Virus record (IMG/VR): IMGVR_UViG_3300032770_000012
Span: 1 to 64,000 of that record
DNA from: a virus
Strand: one strand, 5' to 3'
DNA length: 64,000 nucleotides
Below the pieces are notes generated by a model. The model did not search any database. It was not told the origin of the DNA and was given only the letters and a program-made list of their open reading frames with translations. Below, piece by piece: positions 19,199-28,791 of this stretch. The position numbers and the translations under genes were made by a program. Numbering within the stretch: position 1 is the stretch's first letter; every line of letters begins with the position of its first letter.

Positions 19199-19978
19199 TT
19201 AATTGTTTACAACAATAGATTGGGGCTGGTCGGGTTTCTTCGGACGGCCTCGCTTAATTGCAATCCCGAACTCGATACACAAAAGGGACACGTATTGCCG
19301 CGTGACTCCTAGCAATTGCGCTATGGCGGCACACTTCTCCCCTTTTCGAAGATGCACTTTGATGAATTCAATACGCCGAAGCTTATCGTGCGGCGCATCC
19401 TTCAGCGGCTTAAGCGGCTGTATAACTTCCCGTTGGCATGAAGGTCCTGGGGCCACGCCCAAAGCCTGATCTACGCTCCAGCCGCGTTTGATTCTACCAA
19501 TGACAACGTCGCTGGATAGGCCGTGCAGTTCGGCCAGTTCGCAGAGCAATCTTTCCTCCTCGCCAAATTTTACCCTCAGGGTATTCTCTCGATTTCTGAC
19601 CTGTTGTTTTTGGGTTGCCCACCGAACATTGCCGGGTTCGTAGTTGCCCTTGTTGTCAGGGTAGCGGTCCAGGGTGTGCCGAGCGGATGGGCGCTCTCCA
19701 ATGTCTCCTACAAACGTGCTGAAGCTGTCTATCCACCTCTGGAATACTCCGATTCCCTTTCCTCCGTAATACTTGTATGCGGTGTGGCGCGGATTATAAC
19801 AACGAGCCATCATTGCCGCATAACTTTTGTAGGTCAGCGTGTTGCGCTTGCCGTGCGCTTCCGGGTACTTTCTCGGCAGCGGTGATCTTCGGTGATAATT
19901 TGGGTTTGGAATCCGCTTACTGGACGCCGCGCGTCGAGAGCGCATTTCAGCGGCATGGAATTCAAGTTCTGAATTCAC
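19199..19978 (-). CDS. HNH endonuclease with C-terminal HTH
   Basis: YKSYAAMMARC..YYGGKGI..TLDRYPDNKGNYEPGNVRWAT. Confidence 0.85.
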   Translation of the reverse strand: MNSELEFHAAEMRSRRAASSKRIPNPNYHRRSPLPRKYPEAHGKRNTLTYKSYAAMMARCYNPRHTAYKYYGGKGIGVFQRWIDSFSTFVGDIGERPSARHTLDRYPDNKGNYEPGNVRWATQKQQVRNRENTLRVKFGEEERLLCELAELHGLSSDVVIGRIKRGWSVDQALGVAPGPSCQREVIQPLKPLKDAPHDKLRRIEFIKVHLRKGEKCAAIAQLLGVTRQYVSLLCIEFGIAIKRGRPKKPDQPQSIVVNN

Positions 19979-20041
19979 CGTGAGGTAATGACTCAGTTTA
20001 CCGCCCCACCAATTTCAGTTGCAATGTTATTCTGTCTCTAA

Positions 20042-20857
20042 ATGTTGCTCGCCCTGGCGCTGTCCGAAATGTTACTGGCGCTAGCGCTATTCCAAAAAAG
20101 ACCGCTCGCCGCGCTCTACATGGCAGTCGCGGTATATTCGGCACTTCACTACGATCCGACCGGTCTGTATTGGTTCGTCCTGATTGCTTTCATGAGCGAT
20201 TGCGCCCGCGCTCTCATGGTCGCGGAAGCGGCGTTTGATTCCATGCGTGGGGTTGATCGGCCCTATGGCCGTACTCTGCTATCGTCCTTTGCGCTACTGA
20301 TGGGCTTCCTCGCCTGGAAAATAACAGTGGACCTGGACGACTGGTTCGGTCCTTGGATCGCCCCGTTCGGAACTTTTCACCGGTACGGTTGGTTTGTCAC
20401 CCTGCATGTGCGCTGGATCATATCGGTCGCCTTCTTTTGCGGAGCATTGGGCTTGGCGATGTGGTGGCTCATGGAGCCCGGAAAGGCTAAGCAGGCGCAT
20501 GGCATGCGGGTCCTCGGCTATGTTTGGATAGCGATTCCTGGAGCACTATCGCGGTGGTCAATCCCGAACGAACAGCCGTGGGGCCCCATCAAACAGCAGA
20601 TAGGGCAAGCCTCGACGCTCGCCCTGTTGCTTTACACGCTAGGCTGGCTGTGGACTTACAGAATTCCGGCCCTCACCATGATCCATGCGGCAAGGAAGAT
20701 CGCCGCTCCCGCAATCAGGGCTATGGATACATCCTTGATGAATTGGCTCTTAGTCATGGAACCGCCGAGAATCCCCAAGCGACTCCTCAATGACTTCAAG
20801 CCTTCGGTCGAGGGACCTGACGGTATCAGCAATCGTTGGTCCGTTCGGTCGCGGTGA
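20042..20857 (+). CDS. Polytopic membrane protein on the strand opposite the late operon (moron-like)
   Basis: About 6-7 hydrophobic helices; TG-n-TATTCT extended -10 close to the ATG. Confidence 0.6.
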   Translation: MLLALALSEMLLALALFQKRPLAALYMAVAVYSALHYDPTGLYWFVLIAFMSDCARALMVAEAAFDSMRGVDRPYGRTLLSSFALLMGFLAWKITVDLDDWFGPWIAPFGTFHRYGWFVTLHVRWIISVAFFCGALGLAMWWLMEPGKAKQAHGMRVLGYVWIAIPGALSRWSIPNEQPWGPIKQQIGQASTLALLLYTLGWLWTYRIPALTMIHAARKIAAPAIRAMDTSLMNWLLVMEPPRIPKRLLNDFKPSVEGPDGISNRWSVRSR

Positions 20858-20995
20858 GAAGCAGATAGATTCAAGGTCTTTAACACGGCTTTCTATTTCC
20901 TTCGGCCCGAATACTCTTGCTAGCAAGCGGGACACCAGAACGATCGCCGAAGCAAAAGCGCCGAAGGTCGTCGGCTTGCTGAATTCGTCCATCAT
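20750..20995 (-). CDS. Small membrane / coiled-coil protein
   Basis: One TM helix followed by a coiled coil. Confidence 0.45.
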   Translation of the reverse strand: MMDEFSKPTTFGAFASAIVLVSRLLARVFGPKEIESRVKDLESICFSPRPNGPTIADTVRSLDRRLEVIEESLGDSRRFHD

Positions 20996-21022
20996 TGAGA
21001 TTCACGGCGCTCGCTCTGCGCT

Positions 21023-21232
21023 TTATTTTGGAGGTCCCTGCGGGGGCGTGCCAGCGCCGGGCCGCGCAACGAAGTAACGCACAAGAAATTCTCCGAGACT
21101 TTGCGCCCCTTGACCGCTGATTCCGGGGATGTCCTTTTGGAGTTCTTCGGTAATTTCTACCGCATTGTAGGCATCAATTTTCTGCTGGGATTTTGTTACG
21201 TCGTTATAGTCATTATCGCCTTTGGCTTGCAT
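21023..21232 (-). CDS. Hypothetical protein
   Basis: AGGAGG RBS. Confidence 0.55.
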   Translation of the reverse strand: MQAKGDNDYNDVTKSQQKIDAYNAVEITEELQKDIPGISGQGAQSLGEFLVRYFVARPGAGTPPQGPPK

Positions 21233-21264
21233 CCGGCCTCCTGTCTGGACAGTTTACACGGATG

Positions 21265-21483
21265 TCACTTCGAATGCACACTATATTTCGCGGTAGGGTA
21301 TCGGGCGAAATATCGATGCCAAAATCGATCTGTGCATCGACCGAGCGGCAGAGGACCTGGATACGCTCCCTGCGATGGCCTGGATGGGGCGCTCGCCAGA
21401 GACCAGACCGCTTGCCGTGGCAGAAATGTCCAGAACTGGACATCTTCGGGATGACCAACGCGGACCAGAAAGATATCGATCAT
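21265..21483 (-). CDS. Hypothetical protein
   Basis: ATGA overlap with the upstream gene. Confidence 0.45.
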   Translation of the reverse strand: MIDIFLVRVGHPEDVQFWTFLPRQAVWSLASAPSRPSQGAYPGPLPLGRCTDRFWHRYFARYPTAKYSVHSK

Positions 21484-21659
21484 GCGCGATGCTTTAGTGC
21501 TTTCAGAATCCGATTTACTTCTTCGGTCCGTTTGTCGTCATCCTCATCGGAACGCTCTATTCTTGGGGGATTGTCTCGCTTCAGATAGGAGTCCGAGAGT
21601 GTTCGCCGCGCTGCGGAGCTAGCACGATCCGGTCCGCTCGCCATATCGTCAAGGCGCAT
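21480..21659 (-). CDS. 59-aa hypothetical protein (MRLDDMASG...)
   Basis: TAATG overlap with the portal stop; below the ORF-track cutoff. Confidence 0.5.
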   Translation of the reverse strand: MRLDDMASGPDRASSAARRTLSDSYLKRDNPPRIERSDEDDDKRTEEVNRILKALKHRA

Positions 21660-23548
21660 TAGATCGGGCTCCCTGTACGTTGGCTCCGTGTCATGCGGGG
21701 TGTTCTGCCCGGCGCTTGAGGCATTGCGGAATGTTCGGCTTTCAGGCGCGCTAAGATTTGTTCCGTTTCCTGGCGACCAAAACCAGCTTTTCTCAACAGC
21801 GTCTCCGTATCTAATTTACCCAAACGGGCCAATACCAGCGCAATCTGTTGCTCCCGATCTTTAGAAGATCCCAGCAAAGATCCGGCCACGATCTCTATGG
21901 AGAAGTTTCGCCAAAATACCTCCTTTGCCATACCTGCCGGGATCATCGTGTCCGGGTCCCAGTCGCAGTCCTCGATTACCTGACCATCGGTGCCTAGGAT
22001 CTCGATACGGGATTTGAGATTAAAATATTGCAAACAATTTGAAACGGCCTGGATTCCGCTCTCGCCCAAGAACGCCTCAATGAACCGGCCTTCCAGCCTG
22101 AAGTGACTGCCTTGCGAGTCGCGCATCTGCTCGACCGTGTCCGCTCCTGGGACCTGTTTCTTTTTGGCAAGCTGCGTCATGTCCAGGTTTCCGGCGTGGC
22201 CCTGGAAGGCGGGCAGTAAGTATTGCAGGAGGAATTGCATTACGTAGGCCGGGATTTCCGGGGCCTGCAAGGTGCGGATATCCTTGGTCGGATCGGCGTT
22301 CGGCATCATGCGCAGCTTGGCCCCCGGTATGTCCGGGAAAAAGCGGTCCCAATCGGCGTCGGCAATCGCGCCTTTGCGGCCTGCTATCGTTGGCCGGATG
22401 GCCCTGCGGATCATCTCGATCACGCCTGCCGGGATTTCATTGAGTGCGTCCTGGAGTGGCATGAGATTCCGGTACTTTGACAACCCGCGCGGTGCCCACA
22501 CTACCGGATCGAGCATCAACATGGCGAAGGGATACAGCCCATGGAAGTATGGGTTTGGTCCGTCGTATAGCGGTCGGTCGCCGCCGAATACCAGGAGCCG
22601 TTTGCGCGGAAACAGCTTTTGTCCGGGCTTCACCAAGTACCAGTAGTTGTGCTCGAACGGAGAAAGATTGGGGTCTCGCACCAGTTTTGTTTCGCGGCTG
22701 TCGTTGGTGCTGTCGTCCTCAATCCAATACTCCTCAAGCGGAATGATCGGATAGAGCGCCGTGTCGGATTGCTCCCCCGGACCTTCCACCCTGCGGACTC
22801 TCATCCAGCGCTTCATGGAGGGCGATAATGAAGACCATTGGTACTGCGGCAAGTGCGCTGGCCGCTCGTAAGGCGTGGCGCTTCGCTGTTCGTTGTAGGA
22901 AACGGAGTAGCGCTCCAGGCCATCGGCTTTGTTGCCGAATAACTTCCTGAAGTACTGAATGGTCTTGTGGAGCCGGTAGAGCACTCCGCTTGCAAGCTGA
23001 ATGTTGTTCCCGCAGTGCAGCGGCAACACCGTATCCATGCCGCACGGCGTCACGATCAGACGCGCAGCGCTCACCCCGTCAATGCCGGATACGGCTCCTA
23101 GTTTCCAGAACCCGCAGCCGAACATTGCGTGATCGATCACCTCTGCGAGCGACAGATCGATGCGGCTGCGGTTCCACTCGTGCAGAATGATGTTGGTCAG
23201 GACATCGGCGGTCTTCTTGAATCCTTCGTGCGATGAGCGCACCGTCATCGTAGGACGGATGTCGGTGTATTGCGCTCGGGCGTCCTTGCGGGCTTTTGAA
23301 AGTTGGTTGTCAACGAATCGATTCAGATGCCGGGGCAGGTTCGGGCGGCGTTTCCACTGGTCCCCTTCGAGCGCATCGATATAGTCGCGGACCTTCTCGA
23401 ACTCGCGCGACATCCGAAGTTCCTCAAGGGCTTCTTCCTTGAAGGCTTCCTTCCACTGGATCATCTTGCGGTCGTACTGATCGGGGTAGTCGAGCGTCCC
23501 GGACTTAGACCGCTCCAGCGGAGATCTCGGCATTAGGACAGCGGCCAT
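21659..23548 (-). CDS. Portal protein
   Basis: 629 aa; FGCGFWKL, LEEYW, LYDGPNPYFHGLYPF and LMPLQDALN motifs of P22-like portals; lies between terminase and capsid genes. Confidence 0.85.
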   Translation of the reverse strand: MAAVLMPRSPLERSKSGTLDYPDQYDRKMIQWKEAFKEEALEELRMSREFEKVRDYIDALEGDQWKRRPNLPRHLNRFVDNQLSKARKDARAQYTDIRPTMTVRSSHEGFKKTADVLTNIILHEWNRSRIDLSLAEVIDHAMFGCGFWKLGAVSGIDGVSAARLIVTPCGMDTVLPLHCGNNIQLASGVLYRLHKTIQYFRKLFGNKADGLERYSVSYNEQRSATPYERPAHLPQYQWSSLSPSMKRWMRVRRVEGPGEQSDTALYPIIPLEEYWIEDDSTNDSRETKLVRDPNLSPFEHNYWYLVKPGQKLFPRKRLLVFGGDRPLYDGPNPYFHGLYPFAMLMLDPVVWAPRGLSKYRNLMPLQDALNEIPAGVIEMIRRAIRPTIAGRKGAIADADWDRFFPDIPGAKLRMMPNADPTKDIRTLQAPEIPAYVMQFLLQYLLPAFQGHAGNLDMTQLAKKKQVPGADTVEQMRDSQGSHFRLEGRFIEAFLGESGIQAVSNCLQYFNLKSRIEILGTDGQVIEDCDWDPDTMIPAGMAKEVFWRNFSIEIVAGSLLGSSKDREQQIALVLARLGKLDTETLLRKAGFGRQETEQILARLKAEHSAMPQAPGRTPRMTRSQRTGSPI

Positions 23549-23615
23549 GGCTCAAAGTATACGGCAATCTTCAGCGTTTATCCAGGCTGGACAATATGCT
23601 TCAGACCACCGCGCC

Positions 23616-24341
23616 TCAGCATGGCCCGGCTCCGAGCAGCTTCATGGTGCAGGCTGGAGTTGCGCCAGCGCTGGCCGCTTTGAAACTAACTACGGCTCCG
23701 ACATAGTAATTGTTGTTTCCGCCCATACTGGCAGTCACACTACTTTGCGTGGAAGAGACTATTTTGTCTTCGGTTGCTCCATAGCCGTTGCCGTCCACGG
23801 CTTCCAGGCCATAACCTGTGCCTGCCGTAAACGTCTGCGAACCGTTGCCACCAAGGCCGTACAGTATGACTTCATTTGCCACCGTCGTAGAAAACGACGG
23901 AGATGTCACCGTGCCGCTCGTGTTACCGCCCTGGCCGACATCTGCGTCTTGCGGGGCGGACGTATCCAAACCGGAGTATTGCAGAACATATATGCAGGGG
24001 TAAGAAAAGGAACCGCCTGTCGGGGTGAGTTTTACAACATTGCTGGAATTCCCGCTGATGTTTTTGGCGTAGAACCACTGCCCCTTGGCACCCGAATCGC
24101 CGCGTGTGTAGGCGGTCACGCCGCTATAGCTGTTTCCAGCCGTATCGCTCACTGACACGGTGGTACTGGTTGTGGACCAAAAAGCGTAAACCGCGATGAG
24201 ATTGCCGCCCGTATGATTCTGCGCGGTGGCCGAAATGTTGGCTTGTGAGCCATTAAGACATGCCGCGGTCTTGTTGACCAGCGTGATCGCCATCAACATT
24301 GGGCTCAACGATATGAGCAACAGTAATTTACTGAACCACAT
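23616..24341 (-). CDS. Exported beta-rich virion-region protein
   Basis: Signal MWFSKLLLLISLSPMLMA; GGNLIAV..VSDTAGNSY and QYSGL motifs. Confidence 0.65.
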   Translation of the reverse strand: MWFSKLLLLISLSPMLMAITLVNKTAACLNGSQANISATAQNHTGGNLIAVYAFWSTTSTTVSVSDTAGNSYSGVTAYTRGDSGAKGQWFYAKNISGNSSNVVKLTPTGGSFSYPCIYVLQYSGLDTSAPQDADVGQGGNTSGTVTSPSFSTTVANEVILYGLGGNGSQTFTAGTGYGLEAVDGNGYGATEDKIVSSTQSSVTASMGGNNNYYVGAVVSFKAASAGATPACTMKLLGAGPC

Positions 24342-24795
24342 AACTAAAGCCACCACTCAACTGCGTCGATCCGCTGATGAAGATGCAGACGTCATCGGCG
24401 TTCGTCGCCTCCTGCGCGAAGGCATGCCCGCCCTCAGCAATCACACGCCCGCCATTGGCCGCTACGTTCCAGCCGCCCGCTGCGGTCGTGCCACCGCTCA
24501 AGCCAGGGAACGCAGCCGTCGAAGTGCCGCACGTCGAGCCTGTGCCTTCCACCACCGCATAATTCTGAGCCGTGCCGCCGTTCTGGTCGTTCCAGGAGCA
24601 GAAGTACACCTTCTTGGCGCTCGTGCCGGTGATGATCTTGGTGTTTCCAGTAAGCGAGAATGTGCCCCACGTGGGCGTGTTGGTCAGGCATGGGTCCGCG
24701 TAGACGGCGGCACCGCCAAGCTGAGACTGATTGATGGGCTGCTGGGCGAACACGAGCAGCGCGAAACCAATTAGGATTGGTGCGATCCAGCGCAT
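24328..24795 (-). CDS. Exported small beta-sandwich protein
   Basis: MRWIAPILIGFALLVFA/Q; four Cys. Confidence 0.65.
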   Translation of the reverse strand: MRWIAPILIGFALLVFAQQPINQSQLGGAAVYADPCLTNTPTWGTFSLTGNTKIITGTSAKKVYFCSWNDQNGGTAQNYAVVEGTGSTCGTSTAAFPGLSGGTTAAGGWNVAANGGRVIAEGGHAFAQEATNADDVCIFISGSTQLSGGFSYVVQ

Positions 24796-24891
24796 CTCAT
24801 CTACCCTTTTTCAGCTATGAACTGGCACACGATCAGAGCAGCTATAGCGATCACGCAAACTGCTATCACGGCTGGTCCAAACCATTTCATG

Positions 24892-25536
24892 CTAGTTGTA
24901 GTAGGCGGACACAGAGAATGTCGTGGTGCAGCCGGTCGTCGTCGCGCCAGAGTCGCTTGTTGCTCCGGCGTATGCGATGCCAGTGGCAAAATTCTCGTAT
25001 GCGAGGCCCGAAGCCGGAACAACGACGGTCAGCCCGGCCTGCACAAGTATTGAGTCAACTACTGAGGTTCCCGCTGTTGGCGTGCCCGCGTTGTTGAATA
25101 GCTGGAGCCAGCACGGAACAGTGCCGCTGTTCCCTAAGACAAGAGCGTACAGATTGCCGCCGCTGGCCTTGATGTTTCCTGCGGCCGCGCTCGCATTGTG
25201 AAACTTCGTGAAAGCATAGGTCGAAGACGACTGCGGCGTAGGCGTGCCGATGCTGGCGGCGTTCGTAACGAATGCGTTGACGCCCGGTACGAGTACTGCG
25301 CCAGGCGACGTGCCGTAGTTCGCCATTGCGCCCAATGTTCCGCCCGCCCAGGTCGTCACTCCCACAACCCCGGTGCCATCTGTCGGAAGCTCGACACGGA
25401 GAGCGCCAGCCGCCGTGCCGTGGCCGAGCAGCACGGCTCCGCCACCGTTCACGGTCTGGAGTTGGATCGGCTGTTGCGCAAACACTGCCGTTCCAGCGAG
25501 AACTAGAATGGCAAGAACGTTTCTTAGGACTTTCAT
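24892..25536 (-). CDS. Exported decoration / spike-like protein
   Basis: MKVLRNVLAILVLAGTAVFA/Q; C-terminal IKASGGNLY..WLQLFN domain common in phage structural regions. Confidence 0.65.
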   Translation of the reverse strand: MKVLRNVLAILVLAGTAVFAQQPIQLQTVNGGGAVLLGHGTAAGALRVELPTDGTGVVGVTTWAGGTLGAMANYGTSPGAVLVPGVNAFVTNAASIGTPTPQSSSTYAFTKFHNASAAAGNIKASGGNLYALVLGNSGTVPCWLQLFNNAGTPTAGTSVVDSILVQAGLTVVVPASGLAYENFATGIAYAGATSDSGATTTGCTTTFSVSAYYN

Positions 25537-25841
25537 TTCTTTGCTCCTTCATCTGCCTTCGGTGCGGCCTTTTTCCTGTTGACCGTTAGGCTATTCACGT
25601 CCACTTCGCACGCGCCATCCGGTACTATCCCGGCATAGGCGCAGGCCATGTAGAATCCCAACTGCTCATCTTTTTGCGCGATCTGCATTCTCAAAATGAC
25701 GGCTCGCATGTTCAATTCGTCAACCTGCCTGGTCAGTTCTCCGATGCGCTTCAGTAGCATCGCCGAGTCTGGATCTTGCGGGCAGTTGTCCTGCGCTACG
25801 AGGAGCACGGACGCCAAAAACATCACGATCAGAAGTTTCAT
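25533..25841 (-). CDS. Exported coiled-coil protein
   Basis: MKLLIVMFLASVLLVA/Q followed by a coiled coil. Confidence 0.55.
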   Translation of the reverse strand: MKLLIVMFLASVLLVAQDNCPQDPDSAMLLKRIGELTRQVDELNMRAVILRMQIAQKDEQLGFYMACAYAGIVPDGACEVDVNSLTVNRKKAAPKADEGAKK

Positions 25842-25971
25842 TGCTGCTTCGATGCCCGATGCCGCGCCATGCGGTCGAGCCAGTTCCTGATACTTTTTAC
25901 AGCCGTCATTATTGGCGCGGCGGCCAAAATCAAAACACAAATCGTGATTACGTCCAGTTCGATTCCAGCCA

Positions 25972-26733
25972 TCATGCTGTAAACTCCGATACGCTCAGAG
26001 ATCCGCCAGCAGCACTTGAGGCCACCTGGATCGGACCAGTCCAAAGCGTATCTTCGATAGGAGGGCTCGATCCGTCCGCTGGCGTCCCACATGCGGGCAG
26101 AACGCGATGAAAGTTGGCTGGACCTGCCGTACCAGTCCCATAAAGAACGAAGAATTTGGTCGTGCCAGCGTTCTGTAGCGTAAAGCGCTTCCGGTTAGCG
26201 TTGGTTGCTAGAACCTGAACGGACCCTGTTCCGATGGTCGTCGGCCCAGCCGCGCTGACAGTCGAACTCGTGGGCGGGGCGACGGTCAGGGAGCCAGCCA
26301 CATTGAGCGCACCGGCTGTACTACTGATCGGATTGCCCTGTCCATCGAGCAACTCTACTGGCTGCGGAGTGGTTCCGGTCGGATCGACTCTGATCGGAGC
26401 CGCAAGAACTCCGATTTCAGAGCCGGATGAATTTCTCAAGTTGCCGTGCAGCGCTCTGTAAGCGGTGATTCTTGCGGCTGCGCGTTGTCCGGAACTCAGG
26501 ACGGAAAGACCGTCATTGAACACCCCCGCCGCTGTCGTGATGCTTGAGATCCCGGCGCTGAATACACTCTCGTCGGTCGATGACTCTCCGCCACCGCCAC
26601 CGCCGCCACCGCTGATCCGAAGGTTGCCGTTCAGGTCGCAGGTGAAATTGACAATCTCGCCTTCACTGAAAGTTGGGGGCGCAGCCGTAGCGATAGCCCC
26701 ACGAATGAGTTGACCTTGTTGGATTGTGCTCAT
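25972..26733 (-). CDS. Virion structural protein (no signal peptide)
   Basis: C-terminal VLATNANRKRFTLQNAGT beta-sandwich motif. Confidence 0.6.
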   Translation of the reverse strand: MSTIQQGQLIRGAIATAAPPTFSEGEIVNFTCDLNGNLRISGGGGGGGGESSTDESVFSAGISSITTAAGVFNDGLSVLSSGQRAAARITAYRALHGNLRNSSGSEIGVLAAPIRVDPTGTTPQPVELLDGQGNPISSTAGALNVAGSLTVAPPTSSTVSAAGPTTIGTGSVQVLATNANRKRFTLQNAGTTKFFVLYGTGTAGPANFHRVLPACGTPADGSSPPIEDTLWTGPIQVASSAAGGSLSVSEFTA

Positions 26734-27035
26734 TCAGCGCTTTCCTGATTGCCTAGGTCTAGATCTCCCGACGGCCAGCGTACAGCGAGCCCAGGAGTTC
26801 TTAGCGCCTCATCGATGTCAGGGTGTCCAGGCGTCCTTATGCCCACTCGTTCGCCATTCGTTCTTAATATTTCAACTCTTCCGGTAGGATCGACAGGAAC
26901 CGCAGTAACATGAGTCTCTACGGTATTTCGAGTTGCGATCAAACTCTTGCGGCTGCAAAGCATGATCCATAGCGGAATCGCGTTCACGATCAGAAGTAGT
27001 AAAACGGCAACCTCGAAGGCACCCAAAGATTCCAT
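26730..27035 (-). CDS. Membrane-anchored hypothetical protein
   Basis: N-terminal TM helix. Confidence 0.55.
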   Translation of the reverse strand: MESLGAFEVAVLLLLIVNAIPLWIMLCSRKSLIATRNTVETHVTAVPVDPTGRVEILRTNGERVGIRTPGHPDIDEALRTPGLAVRWPSGDLDLGNQESAE

Positions 27036-27102
27036 GGTTCGCCTTAAAGTTTACGTCCGACGCTACCAGTAAATCAATGGCTTTGTACGGTCTGGACAAA
27101 CG

Positions 27103-27600
27103 CTACGGGGCGTCGATGAAGGCAGCGGGCCGCGACGGAGTCGGGGGCGGGTCCGGTTCTTTGTCGGGCATCAGTTCGGCGGGAACGCTGGTCCAGGAAC
27201 CCGGCATGCCCTGAGTTGACCAGCCTTTGCCGTCCGGTTTGATCTCCATGTGCTGCGGCAGATCGGTTGGATTGTGGACCCCCTCGGATTTGCAGAAGGC
27301 ATTTAGTTCCTGGAACGTATTGATTCGGACCCGCTCAGGTTTTCCGCTCAGAGTGTTCCGCCGTTTCCAGGCCCAGAATCCGCCATCGATACTCTTCTGC
27401 TCGGCGGTCTTGGAAGCGTAACGCTGACTAATCGATCCAGAAAATGGCATGTTGAACGAAGAATAGACGCGCTTCAATTGCGTGCCGCAGGCTTGGCAAT
27501 TCGGCGGATCGATGCCGGTCGGATGCTCCAGCCATTCGACGGCTAGGCCGTAGTAGCGGCAGGAGTCCTTCGGGCAGGCGCTTTCTAGGAGTTTAGCCAT
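27103..27600 (-). CDS. FmdB-like zinc-ribbon protein
   Basis: CPKDSC...CQACGTQLKRVYS. Confidence 0.6.
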   Translation of the reverse strand: MAKLLESACPKDSCRYYGLAVEWLEHPTGIDPPNCQACGTQLKRVYSSFNMPFSGSISQRYASKTAEQKSIDGGFWAWKRRNTLSGKPERVRINTFQELNAFCKSEGVHNPTDLPQHMEIKPDGKGWSTQGMPGSWTSVPAELMPDKEPDPPPTPSRPAAFIDAP

Positions 27601-27892
27601 GGACGCCTTCCACGCCAACCCGATCGCAATCCGTGTCATATCGGAAGACACATCTGCTGACGAAAGTCTTGCCTTCTGGCGCGTTGAGAGCGGTATTCAG
27701 AAATTCGCATCCGCTAATCGTGCAGCACCTTCCAAGCACGAGACGCTGAGGATTTGACTTATCCGACGAGAACACGCAGTCGATAATTGTGCTGTAGTCG
27801 GCCAACACAACCTGGCGCGATAGCTTTATCTCACTTCCCGCTGGTATGGGAAGCCCCATCTCGCAACGCATGATGAGTTCTCTTTCGTCCAC
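27593..27892 (-). CDS. Hypothetical protein
   Basis: Operon spacing. Confidence 0.45.
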   Translation of the reverse strand: MDERELIMRCEMGLPIPAGSEIKLSRQVVLADYSTIIDCVFSSDKSNPQRLVLGRCCTISGCEFLNTALNAPEGKTFVSRCVFRYDTDCDRVGVEGVHG

Positions 27893-27895
27893 GGT

Positions 27896-28213
27896 CTACG
27901 CCTTTGTTCCGGAGATAGTGACGGACCACACTTTGAATGGCACATCCGGGCCCATTGCCGACAGAGAGACGATGGTTGTTTCTGCGGGAACATCCATCTT
28001 TACAACGCCCCTATCCGGGGAAGGAAAGATGTAAGTCTCATCGATCGTAAGGCCGCAAGAATTTATCATCTTGATTACGAGACCGGCCTTTGAAACACAG
28101 TCGATCAGCGCAACTCTGCCGTTTCTCTGAGCGGGGGCGGCTTCGCCTTTCGGGGCTATGAAAAGCCCGAGCGTCACTGCCCAAATTCGGGAAAGCAGGT
28201 CACGGCGATTCAC
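27896..28213 (-). CDS. Hypothetical protein with Tat-like signal
   Basis: GTG start in a GTGA overlap; NRRDLL twin-arginine motif, h-region and EAA cleavage site. Confidence 0.5.
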   Translation of the reverse strand: MNRRDLLSRIWAVTLGLFIAPKGEAAPAQRNGRVALIDCVSKAGLVIKMINSCGLTIDETYIFPSPDRGVVKMDVPAETTIVSLSAMGPDVPFKVWSVTISGTKA

Positions 28214-28776
28214 GCCTTTGCTCCAATCGGTTCCTCGAATGGCATGGCCTCGGTCAGCCCGGCTTTGTCTCTGATCCAGTTTGCAAGATCGCTTCCGTGC
28301 ATGACCTCCATACCCAAGACACCCTGAAGCATCAGCCAATCTCCTTCAGAAAAAGCAACGCTCGGCTCCGGAGCGGGGATCGAGTAGAACGTTCCGTTGT
28401 TCAACATCTGCTCGATATCCCGCTGGACAAGATCGTTCAGCGAGATGCCTTTGAAGTCGGCTATGGCCTGGATGGGTCCTACCCGGCATGGGTCCAGCGA
28501 GAACCGCAGGATGACATTACCTCGGTCGCGGTCCCGTGCGTATTCGACATCGCGGATCAGATCGTCTGCATTCAGCAATGCGCAACCGGCATCCCGAATA
28601 CGCTTGACGGCGCTCGCCGTCAGCATGACTCCTCCGTTCGCCAACTGGCGCACTAGATCGGCTGTCACCATGCGGACTTTGTCTTCGGTTGAGGATGGCC
28701 CTTCGATCGAGTTAGCGACGGTATCGGCTTGTTTGTCGGTGAGTTCGATTGCGACCGGAACTACTAGTTTCGCCAT
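28210..28776 (-). CDS. Hypothetical protein
   Basis: AAGGGA RBS directly after TerL. Confidence 0.65.
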   Translation of the reverse strand: MAKLVVPVAIELTDKQADTVANSIEGPSSTEDKVRMVTADLVRQLANGGVMLTASAVKRIRDAGCALLNADDLIRDVEYARDRDRGNVILRFSLDPCRVGPIQAIADFKGISLNDLVQRDIEQMLNNGTFYSIPAPEPSVAFSEGDWLMLQGVLGMEVMHGSDLANWIRDKAGLTEAMPFEEPIGAKA

Positions 28777-28791
28777 TGTTCGTTTGTCCCT

